From Tricharina praecox (lineage: Eukaryota): a DNA stretch of 64,000 nucleotides. The stretch lies in contig NW_026250432.1 in NCBI RefSeq assembly GCF_024521635.1, forward strand, positions 372,001-436,000. The letters are read 5' to 3'. This document shows positions 36,277 to 50,210 of the stretch, in pieces. How positions within the stretch are numbered: the first letter of the stretch is position 1; each line of letters begins with the position of its first letter. The position numbers and the translations under genes were made by a program. The notes under the pieces are model-generated. The model saw only the letters and a list, made by a program, of their open reading frames with translations, was not told the DNA's origin and did not search any database.

Positions 36277-37779
36277 TCAGATACCATCACCAATAACCCC
36301 CACACCGCCCCCCAGCCCCGCCCAAACACCCCTCGGCCCCTCCTCCTCCGACTGCTGAAACTTCCCACCACTGCCCCTAACCGGAATGCCCCGCCGCTTC
36401 GCCTTCTTCCTCGATCCGCCAGCACAGAGTGTATCCAGTTCCTCGGCGATGATCTTAGCATCGCGCAGCTGTTCAATCGCATGCTGGTTGTATCCGTGAG
36501 CTGTCGCTTCCGCAGCGGCCATGGCAGTATTGACTTCTTCCACTTTTTTGTTGGCGGCTAAGATCACGTCGTCGTCCGGGGACGGGAGGAGCTCCGTGAG
36601 CTCTATGCGCCGGCGAGCGAAGGAGCTGGCGGCCCAGTTCTGGGCAACTAGGAGGGACTTTTGTGTGCGTACCAGCGGGAGAAGGTGTTCACAGCGAGCG
36701 AGGACGCGGAGGACCTGCGGGGCTGGGAGCGGTGGGGAAACGTCGAGGCGCGAAGCAAGGAGTTCTTTTATTTCCTCGCTCTGCTCGGCATCTTCGCTGG
36801 ATAGTGGTTCAGCAGTAGTATGTAGTGTGTCGGTCATGTGTTCTAGCAGTTCAGTGCGCGCGGAGAGGTAGCCGGCGTAGGCGGCGTCGATATCTTGGAG
36901 GACTTCGGCGATCGTTTTGGTGGAGGTTGTGGTAGCGGCGGCAGTAGATGATTTCTCCATGTCTATATCCTCCGCTGTCGGTGCAGTGGTCTCCTCCACC
37001 TCCTCGTGCGTCAACGCCTTCTCCAACCACGCCAAAAGCTCCGTCTGCACAGCCCTCAACCCATCCATCCTCCTCCCAAACCCACCATTACCCAACTTCC
37101 CCACCTTGGCCGTCTCCTCCGCCAGCGCCTCACTAGCCTCCACAATCCTTCTCTGCACCGCCAACACAACCGCTTCACACCCAGCCTCAACCCCACCCTT
37201 GCCCGCCTCTTCCGCCGCCTTCCCAGCCGGCATCAACGCCTCCGGCATCTCCGGCGGCTTCTCCGCGTACGCACCACCTAGCCCACCCGGTGGCCGCTCA
37301 ATACTCGCATCAGCCAGCGCGGCCACGCCCTCCCGCAGCACCGTCAACCGTCCCACCTGCCTCCTCAACCGTAAAACATCGACATACGCCTGTTTCCACC
37401 CATCTGCCTCGCGTCCCGCCTCCTCTTCATCATCATCATCCTCCCCATCCCCGCCACTATCCCCCTCCTCCGAAGCCGCCAGCGCAGCAACAGCGGCCGC
37501 ATACTCCCTCTTCGCCTCGACATTCTCCCTTAGCGCAGCAAGATAGTTCTTCCGGACGCCATCGTGGCGGCCCAGCTCCAATTCCAGGAACCTTCGGAAC
37601 TCGTCGGCGCTACCCGAAGCGGAGGTGATGCGCGGCTGCGCGGCGAGGTGGTGGAGGTGCGTGGTCAGCAGGGAGCGGGTTCTGTGCGTCTCGGCGGGAG
37701 GGTGGACATATGCGGCCAATTCGCGGTGGACCGCCGGCAAGGGGAAGGATGGTGGCAGCGGCGGGTTGGATGGCTCCAT
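36277..37779 (-). CDS. Hypothetical ~500-aa helical/coiled-coil protein
   Basis: Long single-exon ORF with protein-like composition and an acidic patch. Start placed at MEPSNPP (ACCACAATGG context); no family recognised. Confidence 0.7.
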   Translation of the reverse strand: MEPSNPPLPPSFPLPAVHRELAAYVHPPAETHRTRSLLTTHLHHLAAQPRITSASGSADEFRRFLELELGRHDGVRKNYLAALRENVEAKREYAAAVAALAASEEGDSGGDGEDDDDEEEAGREADGWKQAYVDVLRLRRQVGRLTVLREGVAALADASIERPPGGLGGAYAEKPPEMPEALMPAGKAAEEAGKGGVEAGCEAVVLAVQRRIVEASEALAEETAKVGKLGNGGFGRRMDGLRAVQTELLAWLEKALTHEEVEETTAPTAEDIDMEKSSTAAATTTSTKTIAEVLQDIDAAYAGYLSARTELLEHMTDTLHTTAEPLSSEDAEQSEEIKELLASRLDVSPPLPAPQVLRVLARCEHLLPLVRTQKSLLVAQNWAASSFARRRIELTELLPSPDDDVILAANKKVEEVNTAMAAAEATAHGYNQHAIEQLRDAKIIAEELDTLCAGGSRKKAKRRGIPVRGSGGKFQQSEEEGPRGVWAGLGGGVGVIGDGI

Positions 37780-38629
37780 TGTGGTCTGTTGTTGTTGTCG
37801 TTGTTGGGGGGATTCCGGGGAAGACGCGATGTGGCGATCGATGCAGGGTTGGTGGCGGCCTTGGCGTGTATGGGTACCTTGGTAGTCATCACGTGTATCT
37901 ATGGCTTCGCTGGCGCTTTGCACAAGAGAGCGTTCCGCCCATGTCCGTGTACATACATTGCCATGATCCGATGTAATTAGATTATCTACTGTAGCTGGTG
38001 AATTGACACAGCCGAATGGGCCTCGCCCGGAAGACATCTTGTAGTAGCAAGAGCGGTGGAGGTGGGAATGTACCGGTAGTGTGATATGAAAAAACGAGAG
38101 GAATCATAGACCAAAGGCGTTGAGTAATGATCCCATAATTTGGGACAACAAAACACTCCAAGAAAGCCCTCATTCCCGCCTTTCGCCATGTATTTAAGTG
38201 CATACATATCATCATTATCCACAGCCCATCATGCTTGAACAACAATCGCTCGGCCACTCAATGTCATCATTGAAACGCCGCCAGTAATAATGCCTCTATT
38301 CTGTATTCACACAACTACCGTGCAGCAAACCAATCCTGCTGCACATGCCCCAGTAGTTATCCAAGATGATAATCCCATACATCGAAACAAAAAATTTATC
38401 ATAGGAAACGAACTCCGAAAACCCGCCACAGAAATCCACCACCCATCCACCCATCAATCAAAAAAGAAAACAAAAGAAAAGAAAAGAAAAAGTATAGTAT
38501 GCAAACAGTAATTCCATTGAACGCCGTCCCCCTCCCCTCTGCACCCAGCATCTTGAACCAACAAATGGAAAGGGAAAAAAAAAAAGAAAACCCCCCGGAA
38601 AAAAATGCTTTCTTGCCCGTCGGTCGAGC

Positions 38630-41119
38630 CTAAGCAGTGGTAAAGGCCTCTGGCCCAAGCTTGCCGTTCTCCTGTTTCAACTGTTAGAATATATCCTGTG
38701 AAATCAAAGACGGTGTGTAAGGTACCTTCGCCCACATGTAAGCGTTCCACCCGTTGGCCAAGTCCCAGTTGGTGTCGGCAAGACACATCTCGGCGTACTC
38801 GAGGGTTAGCCCTGTCTTCTCGGCCAGCATCTGGCATTTCTGCCGTTTCTCATCCTCGGTCGGGGCGCTGGGGACGGGCTGGGCGGTGGAGACGGGCTGG
38901 GCGGTGGAGACGGGCTGGGCGATGGGGACGGCCTGGACAGGTGGCTGGATGGCCGCCGCCGCTGCCACGGGAACAACAGCAGGCGGAGCATCCGGGACCA
39001 CCTTCCAAGCCTCGGCGCCTCCATACGCTCTGACCGTCATCATGTCGTTGACGACCTTAACAGCGCCGGATCCGTCGATCCAGAGTAAAAACGTTCTGTC
39101 GAAGCTGCGCTTGACGGGTTCTCCAGCTCCCGGATTCAACTCGTCAAATTCGCCGTGGGCCGTCACGAGCATTCCAAGGACACCGGGGGATATTTCCGTG
39201 GGAAATGCGTCAAAGCACCATGCAGCCACGTTATTGAGCACGTGCTGGGTGGCTGGGAGGCCAGTCCAACACTCCCGAATCTGGTCAGGACCTTTGTAGA
39301 TACGGTCCTCGACGGCCGAGGCCTTAGTGATCCGCCTCAAGTTGCGCGACTTGGGAAGGTAGGCAGGCCAATGCTGGGCGACGTCCGCAATCTCCTGGAC
39401 CCGAGGAGCCGAGGTGTTGACCGAAATCGAAAACTGCGAATCTGCGGTGTAAAACTTCGCAAGGATTCCATCCTTGTTGTTGTCGATCTGCGTGTAAAAA
39501 CTATCACTAAGATCAGCATGCGATACTGAGGGGTCCAGGTACGGGGGCAACCAACTCGGACAGGAAAGGCATCACAATCCCATGCTCATCGAACATGAGG
39601 TTTTCCTTTACTGGCATCGGTAAGGACTCGTCCGAACCGTCGGCAGGTCGTTCGACGGCGATGTTGTCAAGCATGACAAGCTTTGGATAACGACGGATCA
39701 TTTCCTCTCTGTAGTTTGGCAGGCTGGCAACAGGATTTCCGGTAAATATCAACTGTTGCAAGTGTCTGAATCGGGTCCTCCACCCATCCAAGGACTTCAG
39801 GTCCTCAATGTCGTTGCCTTCCATGCTCAAGTTCTTCAGATCCGGGAACGTGATGCTGAGAGTGGTGACGGGACTGATGAGCTTGAGCGCGTTGTGCGCC
39901 AAAGAAACCGAGTGGACGAGGTCGCGTTTTTGCTGCGGGGAGTCGAACTTCTTCTCGGCCACGGCCATGAGAGCTGGGAACATCTTGCTCGTCGTACTGT
40001 TGAGCTGAAAGAACCCGTTCTGCTGGAGGAGAGGATCTTCGGCGAGCTTCGAAAGATCCAGCAACTTCATCTCCGGGTTGTACCTATTGCGAAGAACCTC
40101 CTCAAGAATCTTGATGGTTTCGACCGTGCTACTGCTCTGTGGCGTGGCATCCTCCATGGCAGTGTTGAACATGTCGTTCATCACATCAGCCGTGATCTTA
40201 ATGTTCACTCCAGCAAACTTGGCCTTGTCCCAGTCGAGTACGGACTGCAAGTCCGATGCGGGTACATAGATGATCAGGAACTCTCCCTGCTTCTGGGTCT
40301 ATCACAAAAAACGAGTCACCTTAGCATTGCCCGAAATCCTCCACCTCACCATCGCCCCTAGACACCCCTCCGCCCACCCCTTCCCTCGAGTACCAGAGGG
40401 CCCTGTGCCCACCGACTCCGACGACGGAAGATGTCGAATTGCAGCGCGAGAGATGTGACTGTCTGATATGCCCCATGCATCAAAAGGATCGCAGGGATTA
40501 ATCGTAATCTCGTGGTGGAGCATATCGTGGGCGCCTCTCTTCCGTCTCTCGATCGTAGCCCTCACTCCGACATACAGCTGTACACGCGGGGTACGTGGAT
40601 GAAGGAGGGGGGATCCACAACCTATCAAGTAAAGCAAAAGGCAATGATCGAGCGGGGTCTCACCTTTCTGAACCTCATGTTCGTCTTTCTCTCAAGAAAT
40701 CGAACGCATTCTTCAGCGCTTCCCTTGCTTTGCTTCCATCCTTCCACCCGCACACCCATCAGGGGTCCAGTACGAGACTGCTGACCGCCCCTCCTCGAAC
40801 CGCTCGCACCAGGACCGCCTCTGTTTCTCGTTCCGACAGGATTCCTCGAGCCCCGACCTCCTCTGCCCGCACCACTCCCGCTTCCGCTTCCCGCGCGATC
40901 TCGATCGGCAGCTGGGCCTCTAGGAGCGTCGTTGATGTTAACCGAACGACCTCCGCGTCTCGAGCCACGACCACCCCTGCCACCTCCAGCTCCTCCTCGA
41001 GCGCCTCCGGCGGCGTCCATGTCAAGATCGCCGTCCCGGTCAACACGAGCACGGCCACCACCGCTGCTCCGTTTCTGAATGCCACCGCTGCTGACCCGCG
41101 AGGAAAGAGAAGTAGACAT
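38630..41119 (-). CDS. MEX67: mRNA export factor Mex67/NXF1 homolog, 4 exons
   Basis: RGG-rich N-terminus with DRDGDLDM; LRR region (RYNPEMKLLDLSKL, SVSLAHNAL, FPDLKNLSMEGN, GNPV); NTF2-like domain (HGEFDE..KRSFDRTFLL..VVNDMMTVRAY); TAP-C/UBA-like end (TGLTLEYAEMCLADTNWD..PEAF). Confidence 0.95.
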
Positions 41120-42184
41120 TTCGAGTGTGATAGTATCGTTATCGCCCGGTGATGCGTGTGTATGGTTTTTTTGTGTTATTTGATATTGTTTATGCTGTGC
41201 ACGAACCAAATCAGTTACGTTCTGCCGTCGTGATTGAGTAGTCACTGGTGGGGGTGGTGGTGGGGCTGTGGTGACTCTCGGAGTGGTGATTCATCATCGC
41301 GGCAATTTCCGAACCGGACTAGCACATCACCACCACCGCCAACAACCACGCGCGATCGCGAGGCGCGACACGGCTAGAGAGACGAGAAGAAACAGTAGAA
41401 GAAGGTGCGCAACATACCAATAGTGATGAGCGCGTCGCTCTGGAAGTATCAACCTCGGTAAGGGATGTGTGACGTCGCTCACCCCGGGGTGATGTGTGAT
41501 ATGCGTGAGAAGAGCAAAGAGCTGTGATCTCGGTTGGGGGGTTCTTATTTTTGGTGGAGAAGGTAGCTTGATAGGAGGAGAGAGAATAGCAGGCGCGGGA
41601 GGAGGTGTGGACAGTGGATGCGGTTGTGGTGAGAAGTAGCAGTTGTCGCGTGTTCTCTCAGGGAGTTTGGTGATGGTTGGTGGGTTGAAGAGAAGAAGAA
41701 GGAGGCGATGCAGTAGAAGGGTTGCTCACATGAGGCTCAACTGCAGCACTAACCGTAACAATACACTAGTGCTGCGGCTCAGCCTTGCCAAGCAATAGAC
41801 AACCACAAGGCCAGCTTGACACTTGAATGACAGTTTCAGAACAGAAGAGAAGAGCTGATTGACTCTCAACGCACTGGTTCCAACTTTGTGTCGCTCAACT
41901 TGACCGGGCTCGATTAGGCCGTCTGGCGAGTGACACTCTATGACTCCGCCTTGCTGTTGCCCTGCTACCTTTTCGATAGTAGCGACACGGAGGTATATAA
42001 CATATCTTTCCACTGAAAATTGTCTCGTTACCATCCCGAGCTCATTATAATATTTTTGTAGTGCTGAAAGCCGTGGCCTTGCGGATACACATTCCGCTTG
42101 ACGAAAGTGAGCTCGAGATTACCGGTATATGCCTGATGAGCTCTTAGGAATGGAATAGGACTTCTCGTAACAGACCGTTCAGTA

Positions 42185-42343
42185 CAGTAGCAAAAAGTAG
42201 GGTACGATTGATACGGGGTGAATACCGCAGTCATTTGAATACCGCAGAACTACCAGCTTTTACTTAGAAACCTGGTAGTTCTTCGGTATTCAAATGACTA
42301 CGGTATTCACCCCGTATCAATCGCACCCTACTTTTTGCTACTG
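42185..42343. mobile_element. Tc1/mariner/pogo-like MITE, 159-bp near-palindrome
   Basis: TA|CAGTAGCAAAAAGTAGGG...CCCTACTTTTTGCTACTG|TA. Right arm nearly identical to ~24962-25037. Confidence 0.88.
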
Positions 42344-45300
42344 TAAGTAAATACTTCCTACTGATCGGCAACCCGAGACACAACGAGCTATAGTAGATTA
42401 GTTGAGTCACTTTCGTTATATATATGAAAAGAACAAGCGGCTCATACGGCCAGATGTGATATTTGAAAGCGGGTATAGCCACGTCGTATTTCTCGCCATT
42501 CACACAGAATGCTCGACTACATACAAGCAGAGAAACAACTCTACAAGATACAAGAAAGCCAGGTCCGATAATTGCTAGCGCTCACCGCTGATCACTCATA
42601 CTACCTGTCTCTACACGTGTTGATATTATGCGTCTTATTGCATGTTCCGGTGTCACTACTCCTTTTCTCTGTCCTCTATCCTTTTGCATCGTCACATACA
42701 GCCTTCATGGTCTTCGTGGCTTCTTAGCATTGCCCCTAACTCTTTGAGCCCCCAGCCCGGATCCGGCGACTGCTATCGTCGCATCCTCTGTCTGAGGCCC
42801 GGCTTCATCTCGTTGTTTACACGAGCTCGTTTCCCTTTATAAGCAGTCTCCTTTCTACTATAATCTTTCTCGTATCATTACTTCAATCAAGTCAAGTTTT
42901 TCTCTCAGTTTCAACAACACGCCATCTTATACGAGCTGTTCGACATACTGCGCGGCACCACTCGTCTCGGGAAATTTAAATTGAACGAGCTGCATGAACG
43001 CGGTGAAGTGCGGCACCCGGAAGCGAGCGGGCAACGCCGGGGTTGTCATTTCTGAAAGAAATCTCTCCAGGAGTTCCGGATGGAATGGGCCATGGTAACT
43101 CCGTTGTAGGGACGATCAATGAGGGCCCCGTTGACGGGGGAATGAACACCCGCACTGAGCATGTCCATCAGTCGCCAGAAACAGCATTTTTTTCTCGGGG
43201 TGGAAGAAGGAAGAAACACAAAAGATTGACTTCAGATACTAACAAACGAATAAACTGCGCATGATGGCCCACCAGCTTATCAGCAGATGTTTCCGCGGTT
43301 CCATGAGGGTCAATATGCATGTGCAGCTTACACTTTCCGAACCGGCAGGCCGAAATCCGGGAACGAACCAACGATTCCCTCGTTCACCAAGTCGGAAGGA
43401 AATAGCCTGCCAATATATCACGGAAGTCGTAGAACACCATCACGGAAACATCGCGAGCTGCCGGCTGCAACTGTTGTGACGTTTGTTCACTTCGCTAGGA
43501 TGTGACAAGCGAAGCCGTGACTCAGCACGCGGATCCAAGCAAGCAGCAAGCTCCTTCGTTCGGTTAGCTACCTGGTACCGATCAGTGATCACCACACCAT
43601 GGAGCGAAATCTCTGGAACGTCAACTGAGAATAATCACGGTACGTTACAGCCCCGAACCCTTCCGAATCCCAAGTCAAGAGAATTTCAGGGTGTGGCTAA
43701 CCGGTGGTTCATCCCACCGCGAATAGATACTGCCCTTTCCCGGCGCAAAGAGTGCTGCCCCCCCCCCCCCCCCCCCCCCCCTCACCCAACATCACAGGCA
43801 ACAGCTGTATGCTGTCCTCAGCCCTCAGCCTGCCGGTACGATCGCATCAAGCCCAATAAGACCCTGCCTGCGACTGCCTTCTGACTGCTTTCCGATTGGT
43901 ATTGATTTGTTGGACGTATTGAAGGCGCATTAAGGTATCCACCCTTCCAGCCGGCTGCCCAAACCCCGAGAACGAGCTACTGATCTCTTCTTGTTCCGGT
44001 GCGTTTTCGACTCTATGAACACCGCCCATGTATCGTATGGTGCACGATACCTGGGAGATACGTGATTACTGTGGCGGAGTAAGGATGGGACTGCGTGGAG
44101 GGATATGATCTATACCGCAGCCGTTCCACGGACCAGGATTGTGACTCGTACATATCGGAGATGATACGGTACAACAGCAGGTTAGTAGTACCGTAATCCA
44201 CCACACACCCGGGAGAGCCAGCAGTTGCAGCAACAGCGCTGTTAGAAATTGGCCTGGTAAGTAGCGTAAGGCATTGGTAGCCGCGCAGCCTGTGCGAGCA
44301 AACCCAGCTTCCTCTCCAATATCCATCACCATGGAATGAACACCTGATCGGAGCATGGATCAGCGAGGGTGTTTCTACCGTGGAAACAACACGGACGCCG
44401 GGCCCAGCTGGTTTCACGACTGCGGGAGTGCTGGCGACAGAACCATCATCCACCGAAGAAGAAGCGGGCGTGCCCGCGAAAAACGATCGTTCTAATCATC
44501 TATGTAGCAGCAACACAACACCAACTTCGTGCAGCACATCCGGCCATTCCCGTGGGTACCGTAATCCGCAAACGTCGAGCAGACCAAACTTTGAAAACGT
44601 CGAGCAGCTCATGAGTCATAACCACCTTGGTAGGTACATACATCGAATCATGCAGCCTCCGCGCTCTATACCGGCCCGTTTTGATCCAAAGACAACGACG
44701 AAACTGTCCCTGATTCTAGGGCCCACAGCCAGAGTAGGTATAGTACTGCGCAGCTCCAAGCACGCTCGCTCGCTGAGCGTGCGTGCTTCTGCCCATTGGC
44801 TGCAGGTAGGATGAGAGATCCTCGCCGGTGCGGTGGACATGAGGAGCACTGCACGCCGGTGTCGTGGTGGAGTTGGCGTAGCAGGTGGATGCGGAGGATG
44901 AGGAGGAGAAGAAGAAGAAGGAAACAGAAAGTATCTATCGGCAGTCAAAGTATCCGACACCCCAACTAAGATTTCAGCATTCAGCGGCAACCCGCGACTA
45001 TACTATAGTAGTGATCGGTGACGACCAAGACGCACAGCCCATCACTCATCAAATGACAACTACCTACGAAAGGTGCAGGAGGGGTTCACCTGCCCGTAAT
45101 AATTTTCCCTCGCGATCCCACTACGGATAACAGGCCTGTCCGGATCGGAGCGAGCGAGCGGTACGCGTAGGCACGCGTTCTTGGGAAACGCACATCCGAA
45201 TATGACCAGCGGACGCGAGCGGGGAGCCATCTAGGTATAGGTACCACTCTGTTGTGTGTATATTACCGTGGATTATGCCTACTTTGTAGCATTTCCGATG

Positions 45301-47699
45301 CGGCTGACCGCGTTATCATACCTACACAAGTACCAACTTCTCTCTGCCCCTCCAGTAACTATCCGTAGTAATCCTCCTCGGCCGAAATCCGAGCCGAAAG
45401 CGCGCGCAGTAGATTACCGTACCTGTAACCTATCGCGCGCGAAATCCCTCTTGAGATCCCCAATCCATCGGTGATCCATCCATCCACGGTACCTAGTCTG
45501 TTCATGTAGCCTGTACATAGGTAGAGTATGATGCTGTAGGCCGCCAGCAAGTGAGACGGGCCTAAACTTCATGCCGCTTTCTGGGCCGGTTGGTAGGCTT
45601 CGTGGCGGCGGAATATTATTTCTTCAGCTTTTTCTTTTTTTTTTCTTTTCGTTTTTTTCTTTTTTTTTTCTTTTCGTTTTTTTCTTTGCAGATTTGCGGA
45701 TTTGCGGATTTGCTGAATTTTCCGAGATCTCGCTGTAATTACCCAGATTTGAGACAGATTTTCTTTCTTTCAGCTGGTTGTTTGAATACTGTGCAGTAGA
45801 TAAGTACCAGGTAGGTAGACACAGCCTGCTGATAACGTCCGGCCCGCCTATGGGAGATAGATGCGTGTATCTCGCGGCACAGAGCTTGGGTATGCTACGA
45901 TGGCAGTGGTTGAGTACTGTAGAGAAATGGATAGCGGAACACCTATCCTCCACCGGTGAACAATCCACCTGTATCGGTTCGTCGCTAGAACCGCAATAGC
46001 GAGCTTGAGCTGGCTAGTTCACTTCCATCGTTTTGACTTCACTTTACCTGACTTCACTTTCCTACATACCCTATAGTACCTACAGTCTACTACGAAGCGT
46101 CGGCACCCACAGCATCGAGTAAGATCAAAGGTAAGATGCGCCCCTGCATTCATGCAAGCATGCATGATGTCTCACTCGCGAGTCTCCAATATCTACTACC
46201 TGTGAGACACCAGTACTGCGTGGAAGATTCTCCGACGTCCAGTGATCTGATCTAGATTGCTCTGGCTTGCTTTAATGGCATTTGATTTCGAATTTTCACG
46301 GGGGTTTCAGTAGGCTGTAGCGTAGGCGGGCTGGTGGGCTGGTGGGCTGGTGGGCTGCCAGCAGTCGGAAGTCGGAACTACACTGTACATACGGTGTATT
46401 GTACATTGTATTGTGTAAACGCGTTTCGTTACTACCGCTGACTACCTATAGCAGAGTAACTACAGTATTGCGTCCTGCTATTCCACTACGGTAGGCCATC
46501 CATCCATCCACATCGAAAGCGGCCACGCAAGATGGTGGAGGAAGGAAAGGAAACATCCACAGCCCATCCGCCCCCACTGCCTCCCTCGTTCACTCACCAA
46601 AAACCAAAAACCAAGCACCAAACAACCGACCTCAACACCCGAACGCCTCGCCTCGCAAATTCGCAATCGCAACAGCGCATAATCCCCGGAATAGAACCCC
46701 CGCCACCCCGGCTTGACGTACTCTATTCCGCCGCCCGCATGCGCATACATACGGTGCGGCAACACGAATCGGCAACACGAATCGGCACCGTACCTACCGC
46801 ACCATACCGTACGGTGCCGTGCGGTACGGTGCCAATCACGGCATCGAGCTGGCGCAACCATGGGAATCATGGGAATCACTCGTGCACCTGCTCGTGCTCG
46901 TGCGCGTGCTCGTGCGGGACGGCATTCGCTTACTGGAACGAGTGCGACCCTCCGTCTTTCTGCTCGAGCCAGGATGCTGGGTATGATGAGTAAACAAACT
47001 CCCGTCTTTCCACTCCGCGCCCGCGGACTGCAATAGGTAGATGCTACCGGTAGTAATGCCGTCCTGCAAGTGATGCCGCCACGCCGCCACCGCCATCCGG
47101 CCATTGCGCCATCGTTCGTTCGGCCTGAAGGTCCGAAGGACTGCATCCGTCCTATGTGCCGTACCTGTTCCCAGCTTGCTAGACGATCAGAACCGGGGCA
47201 ACGGCGGCGATCCTCCACGATCTTCCACCACTGAGTCTTTGACAGCTGTCTACTCCACTTACTCTACGGTATATACCCAGCCACAGATCAGCACCTTTTC
47301 TTCACTTCTCTCCGTCGTTTCGGCGGGCGGCGCCGGCGGCGGTGGTGGCGGGTGCTTCAATCGGCGCTCGCTACCCAGATCCCGGCAAGCGCCTACCTTC
47401 TCTAGGCTCTAGACTAACTTGCATCGCACTCCCCGAAACGAAGAGGGGTGGCGCCGTGGCGGTACTGGCGACTGGCGGCGGGGTGGAAACACACCACGTT
47501 CCGAGCAAGCATGCGACAAGTTAGTGCAGTGAACGGCATTGACATCGGCACTGTGGCGTTGTGGTGTTGGATGGCGCTGAGCGCTGCATGATGATGTTGA
47601 TGATGATGCGAAGCAGCAGTGGGGAGGAGTGGGGCAAGTCTCGTGCGATTGGGTCACGACTCTATACACTGCAGATCCAATTGCCAGATACACTTGCCA

Positions 47700-47790
47700 T
47701 GGCAATGGCAGTGGCAGTGGCAGTTGCAGTGGCAGTTGCAGTGGCAGTTGCAGTGGCAGTTACAGTTGCACACTCAGTTGCGGTTGCAGT
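47700..47790. repeat. (GCAGTG/GCAGTT)n hexamer microsatellite
   Basis: Directly visible. Confidence 0.9.
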
Positions 47791-49224
47791 TCAATGCAGT
47801 CGCAAAAATAGCAGTCATCTCTCCTCCTCCTCCTCCCCCAGTCCCGAATCCCGACTCCCCATTCGCTCTCGCTTCCGTGGGGGGGAAAACGCGGGGTGGG
47901 GGGAGCGCTCAGCAGGGCAATCACCGCGATCTCGGTGGCCATTTCCCCTTCCCCTCTCGAAGCGAAATTCATGCTGGCGACGTGTTTTTCGGTGGCGTCG
48001 AAACGTCAAGGGCGAATCACTGCGCGCTGTACGCACGATGCTCCGTATCACGACGAGACGAGAGTTGAGACGCGACGCGGTTCATGGTTCATGGTGGGCT
48101 ATTCTTGGGCTTGGAGTGTGGCGGGTGCGTGGACTTGGATGTGGGACGGTGAAACGGTGAGGTGAAACGGTGAGGCGAATCGGCGAGTGCTTGTGTATGG
48201 TGGACACTGGAGTCTCGACAGGACAGGACAGGACAGGACAGAACGGGAGAGAACGGGAGAGAACGGAGACGATCGGTTGCGCGTCCCGAGTGGAAGTTAG
48301 TGCATCTCCATACTGCGTCAAGTAACCAACCAAGAAGTATCCACAGGAAGTACCTTCTCTACTTACTCCAGCCCGCCATTGGTATGTCCCGCCCGCCGCA
48401 TCGAGAGGGTGGACAGTGGACACAGACATCGTCAGTTTGGCGACAACTAATTGGCGGCGGCGGCGGCGGCGGCGGACGTAACTACATCCTACATATGCGT
48501 GCCCACTGCCCACTGCCCACCAAGTGGTTGGGGAATCGTGTGTATGTGTGTGTGAATGTACTCACATATGTAGAGTATGTAGAGTATGCAGTCAGCGCTG
48601 CGGCCGTGGCAACCTCCTCATGTATATACTGCTACTCTAGCCAGTAGTACCTATGGAAGTGCTTGCTTCCCATGCAGAGTATGCAGAGGTACCTGTGTGA
48701 GAACCATACATACACCGCGACGTCGGGTGCATACATAACACACATCGTGAATTTTCTTTTTCCATTTCCATCACCATCACCGCCCCTCCATTCTCCATCC
48801 CATCCAGCGCACCCATACCACTCTACATATATCCGCGATCGGTTAGAGCAGGGGTAGTTCGTATGATGGGGGGGATTGCCGACCGATCCTTCCCCTTCCC
48901 TTCTTCGCGTTGGGGGAGGGAACGGAAGTACAATCCGCGATTGAGAGCCGGTGTCCGCGCTATCCATCATACCTAGCAGTAGAGTACGGGTGGAGATGCT
49001 TCTCTCTCCCCATCCCTCGAAAACGTGGGTGCGCGCGCGAAAGAAGTCTCTGCTCGTCTCGTCAATCTCAATCTCCTTTCGCGCGTGCCTGGACCGGGAC
49101 CTGGACCGGGACTGAACCGGGACTGAACCGAAGCGACTCGATTCCGTGTAGGTGGAGGAGCTCTACCCCTGATTCGGGTGTGCACTGCCGGATACTCTAC
49201 CCTCACACGTGGGGTGAAGAGAGG

Positions 49225-49340
49225 GATACATAGAGAAGAAGAGGGGGATAGAGAGAGGGGGGGGATAGAGAGAGGGGGGGGATAGAGAGAGGAGGGGGGG
49301 GATAGAGAGAGGGGGGGGATAGAGAGGGAGAGGGAGAGGG
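49225..49340. repeat. Polypurine (GGGGGGGATAGAGAGA)-type tandem repeat
   Basis: Directly visible; followed by a CT-rich tract at about 49375-49425. Confidence 0.85.
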
Positions 49341-50133
49341 ACACACAGAGAGTGAGAGAGCGCGCACTCTGATTCTTCCTTCTCGCCTTCTCTTCTCTCT
49401 TCTCTCTTCTCTTCCCTCTCCTCGTCTCGTCCCTGCCGCGATGTGTGCGGTGTGTGAGTGGGTCCAGCTGTGTGCGCCGATCTGTGACATCCGAGAAGCG
49501 GTGCAGATTACATACATTCTCTATATAGTCATATTGGTCCCGTTGTATTGAGGGGCCGCGGATGGATGATTGGGTACTGGGAGCTGCGGATTGGGAACTG
49601 GGAGCTGGGGACTGGGGATTGGGAGATGAACGAGGGTGATGGTGATGGCGAGGGTGATGGGGGTGATCCCGGTGGCTGATCCCTCGCACCCTCGCACCGC
49701 CGTCGCACCCTCGCTCGCACGCACGCACTTGCCGTCATCGCGCGAGCGCGCGAGCTGTGATTCGGTGGCATCCGAGAGTGCGAGTCCGGCCAGCGACGAA
49801 AGGCGAGAGAGCAGGACGAAAGACGGAAGGAGAAAGGGGGCGGGGAGAGTTAGGTAGAGTAAGTTTCCGCAAAACAAACAAAAGTTGCGAAGTGGACTGC
49901 GGGGGATCCCAGAGTGGAGGAAAAAGAAAGAACAAAAGAAGGAAAGAAAAACGCTGTGCAATACGAGGGAGTGAGTATAGGTACGCCGGACAACCGAGTA
50001 GAGTTCTCCACATACCGGTACCGGTAAGTCCCAGAGCTGGGCACGGTAGAGTAGTCGTCGGAACGGAGTATGATTCCAGGTGAGAAGTACCTATGTACTC
50101 TACCTCTGGCAGCACCTTGGTCCTTCGTGATCG

Positions 50134-50210
50134 TCGACTCTCCACACCCCGTATCGATTCTCCACACCCTGTATCGACTCTCCACACCCTGTATCGACTC
50201 TCCACACCCT
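50134..50210. repeat. 20-bp minisatellite x4 (TCGACTCTCCACACCCTGTA)
   Basis: Directly visible. Confidence 0.9.

Noticed and set aside
37780..38037. 86-aa N-terminal extension of the 586-aa ORF
   Set aside because: Starts at a non-ATG codon and looks like UTR; the ATG at 37779 has a better context.
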